DNA from: Ignavibacteria bacterium
GTDB taxonomy: Bacteria; Bacteroidota; Ignavibacteria; Kapaibacteriales; UBA2268
Length of the DNA stretch: 40,406 nt
Reading direction: 5' to 3'
Assembly (NCBI GenBank): GCA_012522895.1
Contig: JAAYJM010000195.1
Span: forward strand, 1-40,406
Shown here one piece after another: positions 36,716 to 40,406 of the stretch. The position numbers and the translations under genes are program-made. The notes under the pieces were generated by a model. That model searched no databases. It was not told the DNA's origin and saw nothing but the letters and a program-made list of their open reading frames with translations. Numbering within the stretch: position 1 is the first letter of the stretch; the number at the start of each line of letters is the position of its first letter.

Positions 36716-37189
36716 TTATCTATTTATTTCCAAAATTTCAAAAAGCAGTTTTCCCGCTGGAACTTTGACCTCGACCTGCTCGCCAATAGCTTTTCCCATT
36801 AAAGCTTTGCCAATAGGCGAGAGGACGGAAATTTTTTGCTTTTCAAAATCGGCTTCGGCATCGCTAACGAGCATATATTCCAAAATTGCATTGTTCTTTT
36901 TGTTCTGAACCTTTACTTTTGAAAGAATGTAAACCTTGTCGTTTGGGAGTTCATCGGGTCTAATCACCTGAACGCGTCCCAAAGTGCTTTCTAATTTATT
37001 AATTTTTATTTCAAGAAGCTCTTGGAGTTGCTTAGCAGCATCATATTCAGCATTTTCAGATAAATCACCGTGAGAGCGTGCATCTGCAATTTTTTGAGCT
37101 ACTTCCTTACGCTCAACAGTTTTTAAATAATGAATTTCTTCTTCTAAATTCTGAACTCCCTCTTTTGTCATATAAACGACATTAGACAT
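36716..37189 (-). CDS. greA: Transcription elongation factor GreA
   Basis: ARSHGDLSENAEYDAAK, ISVLSPIGKALMGK, VPAG. Confidence 0.96.
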   Translation of the reverse strand: MSNVVYMTKEGVQNLEEEIHYLKTVERKEVAQKIADARSHGDLSENAEYDAAKQLQELLEIKINKLESTLGRVQVIRPDELPNDKVYILSKVKVQNKKNNAILEYMLVSDAEADFEKQKISVLSPIGKALMGKAIGEQVEVKVPAGKLLFEILEINR

Positions 37190-37227
37190 AGCAATTCTCC
37201 CTTTTAAGGATTATAAAATGAAATTTA

Positions 37228-38871
37228 TTACATTTTTTCTGGGGCAGAAATACCGAGTATTTTAAGCCCATTAAATAGTATGTTTTTTGTGGTCAAAGCT
37301 AAATTTATTCTTGCTTGAAAAAGCTGAGCATCTGCATCAATAATTCTGCAATTATGATAAAACTGATGGAAAAGAGCAGCTAAATTCCGCAAATACTCCG
37401 TAACTATGTTAGTTTCTAATTTGCTTGCGGCAAGCTCTATTTTATCTTCAAAATTCAATATTTCCTTGATTAAAGCTAACTCCTCCTTAGTTTGAAGATT
37501 GGAGTAATCTGGCTTTGAGTCTATTTCCATTCCTTTTTCTTGGGCATTGGCAAGTATAGAACAAATGCGAGCATGGGCATATTGCAAGTAAAAAACCGGA
37601 TTTTTTTCGCTTTGTTCTTTTGCAAGCGCCAAATCGAATTCAAGATGGGTCGTAGAAGCACGCATTAAAAGGAAAAATCGCACCACGTCAGCACCCACTT
37701 CCTCCAAAAGCTCGTCTAATGTATAGGACTTGCCAGAGCGTTTGGACATTTTTACCTGCTCGCCAGCCTCGGTTAATGTAACAAACTGGTAGAAAAGGAT
37801 TTTTATTTTGCTTGAATCGTAAGCAAGTGCCTCCACTGCACGAATCACGTCTGGCGCTGAGGCTATGTGGTCAGAGCCAAGCACGTCTATTATAATATCG
37901 AATCCGCGCTTTAATTTATTTAGATGATATGCAATGTCGGGCAGGCGGTATGTTGGCTCGCCGCTTGATTTGATAATCACCCTGTCCTCTTTCATACCGA
38001 GCTTTGTATAGCTTAGCCAAGAGGCGCCGTCTTTTTCATAAATCAGCCCTTTTTCTTTTAAAGCCTTAATAGTGTCTTGGGTTTCGCCGCTGCTATAAAG
38101 ACTGTCTTCATTAAAATAAACATCGTGATGAACGCCTAAATGCTTTGATGTCGCAATTATTTTATCGAAGCAATATTTTTCCCCAATTTTCCTTATTTCA
38201 TTCAGGTTTTCTGCTGTGTTTTCTTTAAAGCGATCTTTGTGCTTTTCGATTATATTTTGAGCTATATCTTTAATGTAATCACCAAAATAGCCGTCTTCAG
38301 GAAAAGGGAAATCCTGCTCGCCAAGTAACTGCCTGTGCCTTGCGTAAATGGATTTCGCAAGATTATTCATTTGATTGCCCGCATTATTAAAATAATACTC
38401 GCGGGTTACTTGATAGCCGCACCATTGCAAAATATTTGCAATAGTATCTCCAATTGCGGCATTTCTACCATGCCCCAAATGGAGCAAGCCCGTAGGGTTA
38501 GCACTCAAAAATTCAATATTTACTTTTTTATTTTTTCCAATATTAAGCCGTCCAATTTCAGTGCCTTTTTGGGCAAGCTCTTTAAAGCAATCAAGAAAAT
38601 ATTGTTTTGTAAATTTGATATTGATGAAACCGGGGTTAATAGCTTTTATTGAATGAATTTGCCTGCTATCGAAACTTAAAATTTGAATTAGTTCATTTGC
38701 AATGTCAAGTGGCTTTTTTTTCAGCTGCTTTGCAAGTTTCATTGCGATATTTGTAGAAAGGTCGCCGTGTTCGGGGTTATTGGGAGTTTCAAATTGTAGC
38801 AAGCTGAGGTCGGAGACAGCCAATTTTTTTAGTCCTTCACTAAATATCTCAATTACAATCTGATGCTTCAT
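37228..38871 (-). CDS. argS: Arginine--tRNA ligase
   Basis: HGDLSTNIAM, PGFIN, EFLSANPTGLLHLGHGR, EYYFN.AG.Q, KMSKRSG, NPVFYLQYAHARICSI, GISAPEKM. Confidence 0.97.
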   Translation of the reverse strand: MKHQIVIEIFSEGLKKLAVSDLSLLQFETPNNPEHGDLSTNIAMKLAKQLKKKPLDIANELIQILSFDSRQIHSIKAINPGFINIKFTKQYFLDCFKELAQKGTEIGRLNIGKNKKVNIEFLSANPTGLLHLGHGRNAAIGDTIANILQWCGYQVTREYYFNNAGNQMNNLAKSIYARHRQLLGEQDFPFPEDGYFGDYIKDIAQNIIEKHKDRFKENTAENLNEIRKIGEKYCFDKIIATSKHLGVHHDVYFNEDSLYSSGETQDTIKALKEKGLIYEKDGASWLSYTKLGMKEDRVIIKSSGEPTYRLPDIAYHLNKLKRGFDIIIDVLGSDHIASAPDVIRAVEALAYDSSKIKILFYQFVTLTEAGEQVKMSKRSGKSYTLDELLEEVGADVVRFFLLMRASTTHLEFDLALAKEQSEKNPVFYLQYAHARICSILANAQEKGMEIDSKPDYSNLQTKEELALIKEILNFEDKIELAASKLETNIVTEYLRNLAALFHQFYHNCRIIDADAQLFQARINLALTTKNILFNGLKILGISAPEKM

Positions 38872-39296
38872 TCTGCTTCGCTCTGTTTAAATAAATCGTT
38901 CTTTTTAATAGGCTTAATCCTTCCTTTGCCGCTCAGCTGATAGAATTTAGAATCGCCCCACAAGCTCTCTAACTTATAGAAATTGCGTGTTTCTTTTAGC
39001 ATTACGTGGACAACTACATCGAAAAAGTCGAGTAAAATCCACTGTGCGTTTTCTGTGCCTTCCACTTTTGGAGTTTGAAGTCCAGTATGTTTGCACTCCA
39101 GCACAATATGCTCAGCAATAGCGCGAGCTTGAATGTCCGATTCTGCGGAGCATACGACAAAATAATCGGCTGGCGAGCTTTCAATACTCGTTAAGTCCAT
39201 TATATAAATATAGCTTGCAATTATTTCATCAGCAAGCTTGGCGCATAAGGCAGCTAAGCCTTTTGCTGTTCTTGGTTTACTTCTTTTTTGACTCAA
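38868..39296 (-). CDS. rsfS: Ribosome silencing factor RsfS (Iojap)
   Basis: DYFVVCSA.S..Q..AIA, VEG....WILLDFFDVVVHVM...R.FYKLESLWGD. TTG start. Confidence 0.9.
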   Translation of the reverse strand: MSQKRSKPRTAKGLAALCAKLADEIIASYIYIMDLTSIESSPADYFVVCSAESDIQARAIAEHIVLECKHTGLQTPKVEGTENAQWILLDFFDVVVHVMLKETRNFYKLESLWGDSKFYQLSGKGRIKPIKKNDLFKQSEAE

Positions 39297-39486
39297 AGTA
39301 TTTAGTATTTTCCCTTTTATTTTAGTAAAAAATCAAAATTAACGATATTCTTATTTTTAAACAAGTTATTTATATTGAATTTTGCAATTTGCGGTAGAAA
39401 TAAAAGCAAGGGGGATGCTTTTAAGATTCGATGGAAAGAGACTGCTAAAAAAAGATAATTTCGTTTGAAAAACTTTTGAGCGTCTT

Positions 39487-40406
39487 TTATTCAAGTAGCT
39501 TTTCATCTTTAATTGCTTCAAAAAAAGGAATGTCTGGCAAAGCGGATTCGGCAATGCCTTTAATTTTGCCATAAAAGTAGGAGCTATTATTAAGAATTTT
39601 TTCTAATTGTGCGTCGCGTTCTCCCCATATTTTTTGAATTTGCATTTTTTCCTTTTCATAATTTTTCTTCAGCGAATAAAAGCCATCGAGCATTGCTTCA
39701 AACTGCCCGCGAAACTCTTGACCTGTCAAATAGTTATAAAGCATCTCCATTCGCGTTTCCCTGCCTTCGTTTGTGATAGCAACTCGATGAACCTCAAGCA
39801 CGCTATAACGAAGCACCGGAACAAGCCAAGGGTATTCACGAATAGAGCAAATCCAAACGCCATCTTTAAAAAAGAATTTGCATTGTCCATCGGACTTTGC
39901 CTCAGAAATAATTACCAAAATGTCCGCTTTTTCTTGCAAATTGTCTTCTTTTAGCTTGCTAATCCAATTTTTATCGAAATTTTTGGTTCGCTTGCTTTCA
40001 TAGTAAATCTTTCCGCAAAGATCTCCCGTACTGTTTTTAATAATTTGAGTGATGTCGGCGCCTCGAACACCTTTTTTCACCTCAATTATTTCATCAAAAG
40101 GAAAGAGCTCTTTCAGTGTTTTTTCTATTTCAAGCTCTTGGACCTCACCTTGCAACTGCACTGAGCCTTGTTCGGCTCGCTTTCTCAAGTCCTCAATTTG
40201 CTTGTGCATATCTTCTATTGTTTTATCGCGTTCTTTCAAGGTCAATTTAAAATCGTCTTCGACTCGCTGAGAAACTTTTTCTCGCTCCTCTTGAAGTTTT
40301 TTGCTGAACTCCTTTTCTTTTTCGGAACTTACTTGCTCTTTTATTTCTTCTTTTTCACGTTTTAATATCTCAATTTCTGCACTCATTTTATTAAAATCTC
40401 TTAGCT
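39487..40406 (-). CDS. DUF2130 domain protein, 5'-truncated by window edge
   Basis: QGSVQLQGEVQELEIE, FPFD.I.EVKKGVRGAD, IYYESKRTKNF...WI.KLKED, LYNYLTGQEF. The frame is open to the window end. Confidence 0.85.
   Translation of the reverse strand, partial: LRDFNKMSAEIEILKREKEEIKEQVSSEKEKEFSKKLQEEREKVSQRVEDDFKLTLKERDKTIEDMHKQIEDLRKRAEQGSVQLQGEVQELEIEKTLKELFPFDEIIEVKKGVRGADITQIIKNSTGDLCGKIYYESKRTKNFDKNWISKLKEDNLQEKADILVIISEAKSDGQCKFFFKDGVWICSIREYPWLVPVLRYSVLEVHRVAITNEGRETRMEMLYNYLTGQEFRGQFEAMLDGFYSLKKNYEKEKMQIQKIWGERDAQLEKILNNSSYFYGKIKGIAESALPDIPFFEAIKDEKLLE

Noticed and set aside
208-40365. Numerous 60-140 aa antisense or alternate-frame ORFs in the track
   Set aside because: They overlap well-supported genes and show no recognisable motifs; treated as shadow ORFs.

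Overview
AT-rich bacterial chromosome segment, most likely from the FCB superphylum (Ignavibacteriota or Candidatus Kapabacteria-like). This is inferred from the fused LpxC-FabZ, T9SS type-A C-terminal domains, TAnnTTTG-type promoter motifs and the presence of some Shine-Dalgarno sites. The flanks carry housekeeping genes: lpxC-fabZ (partial), lpxA, a WbaP-like phosphotransferase, ptb, a TauE-family permease, an FtsL-like gene, asnS, a Wzz/GumC-like gene, a CoA-disulfide reductase-rhodanese fusion, a CcmC-like gene, dxr, rseP, tRNA-Arg(CCG), folE, a PTPS/QueD-family gene, greA, argS, rsfS and a partial DUF2130. The centre (about 16.3-35.6 kb) is a co-oriented cluster of exported proteins. It includes a 2721-aa beta-helix/beta-propeller/Ig T9SS giant, a NIDO-like protein with a split dockerin-like module, three T9SS-type proteins with cohesin-like domains, and an IgGFc-binding/beta-barrel protein. 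The best candidate for an undescribed system is a non-cellulosomal, T9SS-exported cohesin-dockerin surface complex with no recognisable glycoside hydrolases. Intergenic DNA contains heptamer tandem repeats at gene 3' ends, a mosaic of REP/MITE-like palindromes and a frameshifted ankyrin remnant. All domain calls are from motifs read by eye, not from database searches.
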